From: Myxococcota bacterium
Lineage (GTDB): Bacteria > Myxococcota_A > Polyangia > Polyangiales > Sandaracinaceae
DNA: 13,434 nucleotides
Reading direction: 5' to 3'
Assembly (NCBI GenBank): GCA_036149055.1
Contig: JAYZQJ010000062.1
Coordinates: 1 to 13,434, forward strand
A program made the position numbers and the translations under genes. A model generated the notes under the pieces. That model worked only from the letters and a program-made list of their open reading frames with translations. It made no database searches and had not been told where the DNA came from. This document shows, piece after piece, positions 1 to 7,800 of this stretch (within the stretch, counting starts at the first letter, position 1; each line of letters starts with the position of its first letter).

Positions 1-30
1 CCGGGTGGAGCGGAGCAGGGTGAGGCGTGC

Positions 31-54
31 GGCGACCTCGCTTCGCTCGTCGCC
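31..54 (-). repeat. REP-like palindrome with a GCGAAGC mini-hairpin core (- strand)
   Basis: GGCGAC (31-36) and GTCGCC (49-54) form a perfect 6-bp inverted repeat around CTCGCTTCGCTC. The - strand reads GGCGAC-GA-GC-GAA-GC-GA-G-GTCGCC. The 13-mer at 37-49 recurs exactly at 13370-13382. Confidence 0.6.
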
Positions 55-110
55 TGGCGTCGTTTCGGGTCAGTCGTCGTGGAAGTGACGGTCGTCGCGC
101 GGTCCTCTTG

Positions 111-148
111 AATGTGACAGTTGACACTGTCGCTTTTGGTGTCACGTT
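111..148 (+). promoter_or_regulatory. Putative sigma70-type promoter overlapped by nested inverted repeats (candidate operator)
   Basis: Perfect TTGACA at 121-126 in an AT-richer patch. Weak -10-like TGt-CACGTT at 140-148 (16-nt spacer). Inverted repeats: GACAG(116-120)/CTGTC(127-131), TGACAC(122-127)/GTGTCA(139-144) and AATGTGACA(111-119)/TGTCACGTT(140-148, 1 mismatch). Confidence 0.6.
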
Positions 149-154
149 GGGTGG

Positions 155-550
155 GTGAGCGACGAGGGGCGATATGGGATCGCGGAGCTCGCCGAACGGG
201 GCGGGGTCTCCCGGAGGACCGTGCGGTACTACGTGCAGCGCGGGCTCCTGCCGCCTCCGACCGGGGTGGGGCGCGGCAAGCACTACACGGAGGCGCATCT
301 CGAGGCGCTGGTGCGGGTGCGGGAACTGCAGGAGTCGGGCGTCGCGCTGGCGGAGATCCCCGCCCACGGCGAGGACGGGGGAGGAGTGGGCGACTCGCCG
401 CCGGCGGCGCCGAAGGAACAGTCGACCTGGACGCGCGTCGTCCTGGGCGAGGGGCTCGAGCTGCACGTGCGCGGGCGGCGGCTGAGCGAGACGCAGGTCC
501 GCGCGCTGGAGGCCGCCGTTCACGGCGTGCTCGGGGAGGAGGAGCGATGA
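155..550 (+). CDS. MerR-family helix-turn-helix transcriptional regulator (131 aa, GTG start)
   Basis: The N-terminus YGIAELAERGGVSRRTVRYYVQRGLLPPP..G..KHY...HL..L..VRELQ..G..LAEI is a typical MerR winged HTH. The stop overlaps the next ATG (ATGA at 547-550). Confidence 0.9.
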   Translation: MSDEGRYGIAELAERGGVSRRTVRYYVQRGLLPPPTGVGRGKHYTEAHLEALVRVRELQESGVALAEIPAHGEDGGGVGDSPPAAPKEQSTWTRVVLGEGLELHVRGRRLSETQVRALEAAVHGVLGEEER

Positions 551-2868
551 ACGCGAAGCACGAAGCAGGTCTGATGGGGGGAGGGCGGCCCATCCCGCTC
601 GAGGGCGTGAAGATCGACGCGGTGATGAGCGGCGCGTGCGTGGAGGTCACCGTGACCCAGCGCTACCGCAACACCGAGGCGAGCCCGGTGGAGGCGGTCT
701 ACGTCTTCCCGCTCGAGGAGGGGGCCGCGGTCTGCGGGTTCGCGGCGCGCATCGGCGAGCGCGTGATCCGCGGGCGGGTCGAGGAGCGCGAGGAGGCGTT
801 CGCCCTCTACGACGACGCGATGATGGAGGGGCACGGCGCCTACCTGCTCGACCAGGAGCGCCCCGACGTGTTCCGCGCGTCGGTCGGCAACCTGAGCCCC
901 GGCCAGGCGGTCGAGCTCCAGATCCGCTACGTCGCCCTCGCGCGGCGCGAAGGCGAGGCGCTCCGGCTGCAGATCCCGACGACCGTCTCGCCGCGCTACG
1001 TGCCGGCGGGGCCGCCCGAGGTGGGCGAGCCGGACGGGGAGGTCGTCAACCCGGAGCGCTGGCCGGCGGTGCCCTACGGGCTGTCGCTCGGCGTGACGGT
1101 GTCGGGCGCGCTGCGGCGCGTGGAGTCGCCGAGTCACCCGGTGCGCACGACGCTGGAGGACGACGGCGCGCGGGTGGAGCTCGCCCAGGACGGCGCCGCC
1201 CTCGACCGCGACTTCGTGCTGCTCGTCGAGGCGCGTGAGCCCCACCGGCCGATCGCCCGGGTGGCGCGGGAGGAGGACGGCCAGCGCGTCGCCGTGGTCA
1301 CCTTCCTGCCGGAGCTCGACGAGGCCGAGCGCCGCGGTCACGAGGTCGTCTTCCTGCTCGACTGCTCCGGCTCGATGGGCGGCGAGTCGATCGCGCAGGC
1401 GCGCCGCGCGCTGGCCCTCTGCGTCCGGGCGCTGTCGCCGGAGGACACGTTCCAGATCGTCCGCTTCGGCTCGCGCAGCGAGCAGCTCTTCGACGCGCCC
1501 CGCCGCTACGACGACGACTCGCTCGCCCGCGCCTCCGCCTACGTCGAGCGCATCGACGCGGATCTGGGCGGCACCGAGATCCTCACCCCGCTCCGCGCGA
1601 TCCTGGAGCGGGCGCCCGACCCGGAGCGGCCGCGGCGCGTGCTCCTGCTCACCGACGGGCAGGTGTCGAACGAGGACCACGTCATCGCGCACGCCAAGGC
1701 GCACGCAGGCACCGCGCGCGTCTTCACCTTCGGCATCGGCGCCGGCGCCTCCGCGCACCTCGTCCGCGGGGTCGCCCGGGCGTCGCGCGCGGCGACCGAG
1801 ATGATCTACCCCGGCGAGCGCATCGAGCCGAAGGTGCTCCGCATGTTCGCGCGGGTCCGGACGCCGGCGCTCGACGACGTGCGGGTCGACTGGGGAGGGC
1901 TGTCGGTGGAGACCGCGCCCGGGCGCACGCCGCCGATCTTCGCGGGCGACGCGCTCACGATCTTCGCGCGCATCACCGCGGGCGACGCGAGCGAGGTCGC
2001 GCTGCAGACGGGCGAGCGCCGCTGGGCGGTGCCGCTGGATCTCGAGCGCGCCGAGGCCGGCGGCCCGATCCCGGCGCTGTGGGCGAAGGAGCGGATCCGC
2101 GACCTCGAGGAGGGGGAGACCCGGCGGGGCTCGGCCCAGGCGCGCGCGGGCGGTCGCGATCGGAAGCGCGAGGCGCTGGTGGCGCTCGGCAAGCGCTACG
2201 GGCTGACGAGCAGCGCGACGAGCTACGTGGCCATCGAGGAGCGCTCCGAAGACGAGCGCACCGACGCGCCGGCGCAGCTCCGCAAGATCCCGATCGCCCT
2301 GACGACCGGCTGGGGCGGCGCGAGGCGCGGGATGAGCCAGGCCGGCAGCATGTCGCTGCCCTCGAGCTTCGGGGGCGCGCCGCCTCCCCTCATGCGCAGC
2401 GCCGCGCCCGGCGGCCCGCGTCGTCGACGGTCGTTCGCCGCCTCGCCCCCGCCCGCAGCCTCGGTCCCCCCCGCCGCTGAGCCGCCGCGCCCCCAGGCGC
2501 CCGCGCCGGCTCCGTTCGAGGCCGCCGCCATGGACACGATGAGCTTCGACCTCGAGGGCTCCCTGGGGGCGAGCGGCGGGGTGAGCGGGGGCGCGGAGGC
2601 GGACTGGGTCTTCGACGTGCTGATGACCCAGCGGGCCGACGGCCGCTTCGAGCGCTCGGGCGCGCTCGACGCGCAGCTCGGCGACCGCGCGAGCGAGCTC
2701 GACGCGGCCGTCGCGGCGCACGGCGAGGGGGTGATCACCGCGGTGGTGATCGCGCTGCTCGAGCGGGAGGCGCCGGAGCGAGAGGCCGAGTGGCGGCCCG
2801 CCGTCGACAAGGCGCGCCGCTACCTGGCCACCCTCACGCTCGGCTTCGACGGCAGCTCGATCCTCTGA
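547..2868 (+). CDS. VIT (vault protein inter-alpha-trypsin) + von Willebrand A domain protein, 773 aa
   Basis: True start is ATG 547 (GAGGAGGAG SD just upstream, ATGA coupling), not TTG 121. VIT motifs: VTVTQRYRN..PVEAVYVFPL..AAVCGF..IG.R.I.G.V.E.E.A...YD.A..G..AYLL.Q...DVF..SVGNL.PG. Also LDRDFVL. The vWA MIDAS is intact: D272-C-S-G-S276, T343 (GGTE), D370 (LLTDG), then FTFGIG. A Pro/Ala-rich linker precedes a small helical C-terminal domain. Confidence 0.92.
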   Translation: MNAKHEAGLMGGGRPIPLEGVKIDAVMSGACVEVTVTQRYRNTEASPVEAVYVFPLEEGAAVCGFAARIGERVIRGRVEEREEAFALYDDAMMEGHGAYLLDQERPDVFRASVGNLSPGQAVELQIRYVALARREGEALRLQIPTTVSPRYVPAGPPEVGEPDGEVVNPERWPAVPYGLSLGVTVSGALRRVESPSHPVRTTLEDDGARVELAQDGAALDRDFVLLVEAREPHRPIARVAREEDGQRVAVVTFLPELDEAERRGHEVVFLLDCSGSMGGESIAQARRALALCVRALSPEDTFQIVRFGSRSEQLFDAPRRYDDDSLARASAYVERIDADLGGTEILTPLRAILERAPDPERPRRVLLLTDGQVSNEDHVIAHAKAHAGTARVFTFGIGAGASAHLVRGVARASRAATEMIYPGERIEPKVLRMFARVRTPALDDVRVDWGGLSVETAPGRTPPIFAGDALTIFARITAGDASEVALQTGERRWAVPLDLERAEAGGPIPALWAKERIRDLEEGETRRGSAQARAGGRDRKREALVALGKRYGLTSSATSYVAIEERSEDERTDAPAQLRKIPIALTTGWGGARRGMSQAGSMSLPSSFGGAPPPLMRSAAPGGPRRRRSFAASPPPAASVPPAAEPPRPQAPAPAPFEAAAMDTMSFDLEGSLGASGGVSGGAEADWVFDVLMTQRADGRFERSGALDAQLGDRASELDAAVAAHGEGVITAVVIALLEREAPEREAEWRPAVDKARRYLATLTLGFDGSSIL

Positions 2869-2895
2869 CGCCGAGCGCTGCTTCGGGCCGAGAGG

Positions 2896-3876
2896 CTACT
2901 TGTACTCGATCAAGCCACGTCGACGGCCGCGCAGGCGGTTGACGTGGTACTCGAGGGCGCCGGCCGCCTCGGGGAGCTTGCCCAGCGTCGTGAAGACGGC
3001 GTAGGGGAGGGCGTCCTCGAGGGGGCGGCCGCGGTCCAGGGTGTGCTTGAGCACCCGGGCCGCGCTCACCGGGTAGCCGGCCAGGAGGCCGAGGCTCAGG
3101 CCCAGGGTCGGGATCGCGCCGAGGGTCGCAGCGGCCGGGAGCGCCGCGCCCCAAACCAGGATGCGGCGGGTCTCGGTCACCCAGTGACGCTCGGGCGGCG
3201 CGCCGTGCATCGCCGCGCCCTCCGCGTAGGCGTGGCCGCTCCGCTTGGCCCGCTTCCACCACTGCGAGAACTTCGTCATCGCCGCGTCGTGCAGGGTCAT
3301 CTCGGCGTCGAGGCGCTCGATCTTGTAGCCGGCCTGCCGGAGGCGGACGCAGAGCTCCGGCTCCTCGCCGGCGATCAGCGTCTCGTCGAAGCCGCCCACC
3401 TCGAGGAAGGCCTCGACGCGCATCATCGCGTCGCCGCCGCACGCCTTCGCGTCGCCGATGGGGGTGTCCCACTCGATGTCGCAGAGGCGGTTGTAGAGCG
3501 TCGCGTCCGGGTGGCGCTCCCGGCGGCGGCCGCAGACGGCGGCGAGCGCCGAGCGCTCCTCCAGCCGGGCGCGCGCCGTCTCGAGCCAACCCTCGACCAC
3601 CTCGCAGTCGCCGTCGACGAGCTGCACGTAGCGGAGGTCCTTCACCCGCTCGAAGCCCGCGTTGCGCGCCCGCGCGGCGGTGAACGGGATCGACATGTCG
3701 AGCGCGACGACCTCGCAGCCGAGCTCCTCGGCGAGCGCCACCGAGCCGTCGGTCGAGCCGCTGTCGACGTAGACCACGCGCGCGACCCGGTCGACGAGCG
3801 AGCGCAGGCAGGCGCGCAGACGCTCGCCCTCGTTGCGGCCGATGGCGACCGCGCCGACGTCCTCCAGGCGGCTCAC
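2896..3876 (-). CDS. Glycosyltransferase family 2 with hydrophobic C-terminal segment, 326 aa
   Basis: This is the real part of the 2846-aa ORF. GTG start at 3876 overlaps the upstream TGA (GTGA). Motifs: AIGRNEGERL..CL.S, VVYVDSGSTDGS, AARARNAG, VQLVDGD (DxD), GGDAMMR, GGFDE.LIAGEEPELC, WWKRAKRSG. Hydrophobic stretch ILVWGAALPAAATLGAIPTLGLSLGLLAGY. Confidence 0.9.
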   Translation of the reverse strand: MSRLEDVGAVAIGRNEGERLRACLRSLVDRVARVVYVDSGSTDGSVALAEELGCEVVALDMSIPFTAARARNAGFERVKDLRYVQLVDGDCEVVEGWLETARARLEERSALAAVCGRRRERHPDATLYNRLCDIEWDTPIGDAKACGGDAMMRVEAFLEVGGFDETLIAGEEPELCVRLRQAGYKIERLDAEMTLHDAAMTKFSQWWKRAKRSGHAYAEGAAMHGAPPERHWVTETRRILVWGAALPAAATLGAIPTLGLSLGLLAGYPVSAARVLKHTLDRGRPLEDALPYAVFTTLGKLPEAAGALEYHVNRLRGRRRGLIEYK

Positions 3877-4814
3877 GGGCGCTCTTCGACGAAGTTGTAG
3901 CGCACGAAGTCGCGGAGGAAGCGCGCCGGGTCCGGGTCGTCCTTGCGCTGGATGCGCGCGCGCACCTTGAACGTCGCGAGGCCGACCGCCTGCGCGGTGT
4001 TCACGGCCCAGGTGTAGGCCTTGCCGTGGTTCTTCAGGAAGTAGTAGCGGCGGCTGTCGAACCAGTAGCGCGGCATCGGCCGCTTCAGGTCCTTGAGCCC
4101 GGTCGACGCGTGGCCGACGTGCTCGACCTTCGACTCGACCACGTACCAGGTCTGCCATCCGGCGAGGCGGGCGCGGCGGCAGAGATCGGTCTCCTCGAAG
4201 TAGAGGAAGAAGGTCTCGTCGAAGAGCCCGATGGCGTCGAGCACCTCCCGCCGGATCATCATCGCCGCGCCGGCGAGCCAGTCGACCGGCCGCGAGGTCT
4301 CGGGGCGCGGCCGGATCGGGACCTCCTTCTCGGGGAGGACCTTGGTCAGCGCCCCCAGGCGGAAGCTGCCGAGCACCTCCGAGGCGAGCGTAGGGAAGCG
4401 GAAGCTCGAGATGTGGGGCACGCCGTCCGAGCCGTGGAGCGCGCTGCCGGCGATGCCCGCCTCCGGGTGGTCGTCCATGAACGCGACCAGCTTCTCGATC
4501 GCGTCCTCGTGGGGGAAGGCGTCCGAGTTGAGGAGGAAGACGTAGTCCGGCGGATCGTCCGACTCGAGCGCGCGCCGCATCGCGAAGTTGTTGCCCGCGC
4601 CGAACCCGCCGTTGTGGCCGCTCTGCATCACGGCCACGTCGGGCATGTCGGCGCAGCCCTCCGAGAGCGTCTCGAAGGAGCCGTCCTGCGAGTCGTTGTC
4701 CACCACGTCGATGCGGTAGCTCTCGAGGGGAGCGCAGGCGCGCCGCGCCGCCTCCACCGCCTTCAGGGTCATGTCGGCGGTCTTGTAGTTCAGGATCACG
4801 CACTGAACGCGCAT
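3873..4814 (-). CDS. Glycosyltransferase family 2 (WbbL/rhamnosyltransferase-like GT-A fold), 313 aa
   Basis: Motifs: VILNYKT, VVDNDSQDGS, NGGFGAGNN, FLLNSDA, DWLAGAAMMIRR, GLFDETFFLYFEETDLC.R...GW, V.HVG.AS. GGAG lies about 10 nt upstream of the ATG, which is 18 nt after the PKS stop. Confidence 0.92.
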   Translation of the reverse strand: MRVQCVILNYKTADMTLKAVEAARRACAPLESYRIDVVDNDSQDGSFETLSEGCADMPDVAVMQSGHNGGFGAGNNFAMRRALESDDPPDYVFLLNSDAFPHEDAIEKLVAFMDDHPEAGIAGSALHGSDGVPHISSFRFPTLASEVLGSFRLGALTKVLPEKEVPIRPRPETSRPVDWLAGAAMMIRREVLDAIGLFDETFFLYFEETDLCRRARLAGWQTWYVVESKVEHVGHASTGLKDLKRPMPRYWFDSRRYYFLKNHGKAYTWAVNTAQAVGLATFKVRARIQRKDDPDPARFLRDFVRYNFVEERP

Positions 4815-4832
4815 CGTTCGTCAGCTCCGTCG

Positions 4833-7800
4833 CTATTCCGCGGCGTTTCGTTCCGGCGCGCGGAGCTCGGCGGGTCGCTGCCTCAGCTCGGCTTCGGCCC
4901 GCTCGATGACCTCGCGCATCTTGCGCGCGAGCACCCGCACGTTCGGTTCGAGCACCATCGAGTCGTGGTCTCCAGGGACCTCGAAGACGTCTAGCCCCCG
5001 GACGTAGGGCGTCCACCCGTTGTCCTCGTAGACGTAGTCGCGATCGTGATCGAGCAGCCGTCCGTTCCCGAGGTCGTAGGCCACCTCGAGGGGCGGGCGG
5101 AAGAGCGTGAGGTGCCCGTCGTAGGCCTTCAGCTCGTAGCGGCCGAGCGCGCGCCGGAAGGCCTGCTCGATCGCCTCGTCCTGGAACTCCGCCGGCGCCT
5201 GCTCCGGCTCGGCCTCCTCGAAGCGCTTGCGCAGCTTGCCGACCTCCCAGCGCCAGCGGTTCACCGCCCACTCGCCGACGTAGGACGCGCCCTTCTGCTG
5301 GAGCTGCTGCACCTGGATGAGCGCGCGGTCCTTGGCGCTCAGGCTCGGCGGGGGGAAGGGCAGGGGGGTGTCGAGCATGACCAGGAGCGGCACGTCCTCG
5401 CCCTGGGCGCGCAGGCGCTGCGCCATCTCGTAGGCGGTGATGCCGCCGCCGGAGAAGCCGCCGAGCAGCCACGGCCCGTGGGGCTGCACGGTGCGCATCT
5501 CGGCGAGGTAGGCCTCGGCCATCTCGTCGAAGGTCTCGTGCGGCTGCTGATCGCCGAAGAGCCCCCGCGCCTGGAGCCCGTAGATGCGGCGGTCGGTGCC
5601 GACCAGGTGGGCGAGGTGCCGGAGGTTCAGCACGTTGCCGAACATGCCGGCGACGATGAAGAAGGGCGTCTTCGGCCCGCCGTCGCCCGGGTGCATCGGC
5701 ACGAGGTGCGTGTAGCGGGTCCGCGGCGCCTCGACCTTCTTGGGGGCGTCCTCGCCCTCGGTCGGCGCGCCGCCGATGCGGTCCTTGATCAGCTCGGCGC
5801 AGCGCTCGATGGTCGGCGCCTCGAAGAGCACGCTGATCGGGAAGTCGACGTGGTACGCCTTCTTGACCTTCGCGAAGAGCCGCACCGCGATGAGCGAGTG
5901 CCCGCCGAGGTCGAAGAAGGAGTCCTGCACGCCGACGGTCTCGACGCCGAGCAGGTCCTGCCAGAAGCCGACCAGGGTGCGCTCGACCTCGTCGCGCGGC
6001 GCGACGAACTCGCTGTCGAGATCCGGCCGCGCGAGCTCGATGCCGCCCTCGCTCGACTCGCGGGTCAGCCCGCGGTCGGCCTGCGCGATCAGCCCCTCGA
6101 GATCGAGGGAGCTCACGAAGACCTGCGAGCGGCGCGGGCCCGCGAGCACCCGGCCGAGCGCCTCCTGGCCTTCGCGCGGGAGGATGCCGCGCTCGAGGTT
6201 GCGCGCGAGCTGCTGCTCGGCCGGCGACGGCTCCCGCTCGGTCTCCTCGAGCTCCACGTCGCGGGCGCTCGGGCGGCTCTTCACGGTGAAGTCCGCGCTG
6301 CCGGCCATCTTGCGGAGCGCGAGCCGATCCACCTCGACGACCACGCGGCCGCCCTCGTCGCAGAGGGTGACGTCGAAGTAGACGAACTCGGAGTCGTCGC
6401 GGTTGTCGCCGTGGTTGCGCACCCAGCTCACCAGCCGCGGCGGCAGGTCGTCGTGCACGCGCAGCCGCTCGTAGCTGACCGGGACCCAGAGCGCGTCGGC
6501 CGCGTAGCCGTCGATGAGCTCCATCGCCCAGCCGGTCGCGATGTCGAGGAGCGCGGGGTGGAGGCCCATCTCCTCGGTCTCGGCGGCGAACTCGTCCCGC
6601 AGCGCGAGCCGGCCGATCGCCTCGCCGTCGCCGTACGCGCCGCGTCGAAGGACGCGCCAGCGGTCTCCGAACCGGAGGTGCGTCTCCTGCGGCGTGCGGA
6701 TGCCCTTCGGATCCTCGGGGAGGATCTTCCGGGTGCAGCGCGCCTCGATCTCCGCGATCGGGACCTCGCCCGGGACCTCGAGGGGACGGATCGCGAGGTG
6801 GGCCTGCGCGTGCAGCTCCCAGCCCGGGCGGCCGTCGAGCTCCAGCTGGCCGCGCACCTCGAAGGCGTAGCCGCGGCGGGTCGGGCGGAGCTTGACCCGC
6901 ACGTCGCGCTCGGCGTCGTCGTCGACCGCGAGGGGGCGGATGAAGAAGAGGTCCTCGACCTCGAACGGGCCCGGCTCGCCCGACGCCCGGAGCGCGGCGC
7001 GCGCGAGCTCGAGGTAGCCGGTGCCGGGGATGAGCGCGTGGCCCGCCTTGGTGCGGTGGCCGTCGAGGATCCAGTCCTCGCGCGGCGAGATCGTCGCCTG
7101 CAGCACCGCCTCGCCCCGGGCGTCGCGCACGCGCTGCGACAGGAGCGGGTGATCGGGCTGCTCGCCCACCGGCTCGCCGGCGTGGGCCCCGGCGTCGGAG
7201 TGGAGCTGCTCGGCGGCCATGCCGACCTGGTTCCAGATGCCCCAGTGCAGCGAGGTCACCCGGGTCGGGCCGCCGGCCTTGCTCTCGGCGTAGGCGTCGA
7301 GGAACGCGTTGGCGGCCACGTAGTCCACCTGGCCGGCCGGCGCGGTGGCGGTCGAGGTCGAGCTGAAGAGCACCATGAAGTCCAGCTCGGCGTCCGCGAA
7401 CACCTGGTCGAGCACCATCGTGCCCTGGATCTTCGGGGTGAAGACCTCGTCGACGCTCGCCTGGGTCTTGAGCGCGATGAGGTCGTCGTCGACCACGCCC
7501 GCGGTGTGCAGCACGCCGTGCACCGCGCCGAAGCGCTCCCGGGCCGCGCGGGCCGCGCCCTGCATCTCCTCGAGGTTGGTCACGTCGGCGCTGAGCACCA
7601 GGACCTCGCCGCCCGCGTCCTCCACGTCGAGGATGCGGCGCAGCCGCCGGCTGATTCGGTCCTCGGCGCCGTGCTGGCGCATCCAGGTGGCCCACTGGTC
7701 CCGGGGCGGCAGCGGGGTGCGCCCGAGCAGGACGAGCTTCGCCCGGCAGGTCCGCGCGAGGTGCTCGGCCATCGTCAGGCCCAGCCCACCGAGGCCGCCG

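Noticed and set aside
121..546. 142-aa N-terminal extension of the VIT-vWA ORF from TTG 121
   Set aside because: It overlaps the MerR gene out of frame and is low-complexity R/G/A sequence. The TTG is part of the TTGACA box, and ATG 547 has a strong SD and ATGA coupling.
2869..2895. Terminator between the convergent VIT-vWA and GT2 genes
   Set aside because: Only a weak bulged stem (CCGAGC/GCTTCGG) is present, with no T-tract on either strand.
4812..4835. PKS and first GT2 are in the same frame, suggesting a read-through fusion or a sequencing-error split
   Set aside because: Two in-frame stops (TAG, then TGA) lie within the junction. The GT2 has its own GGAG SD, and the TE domain is complete.
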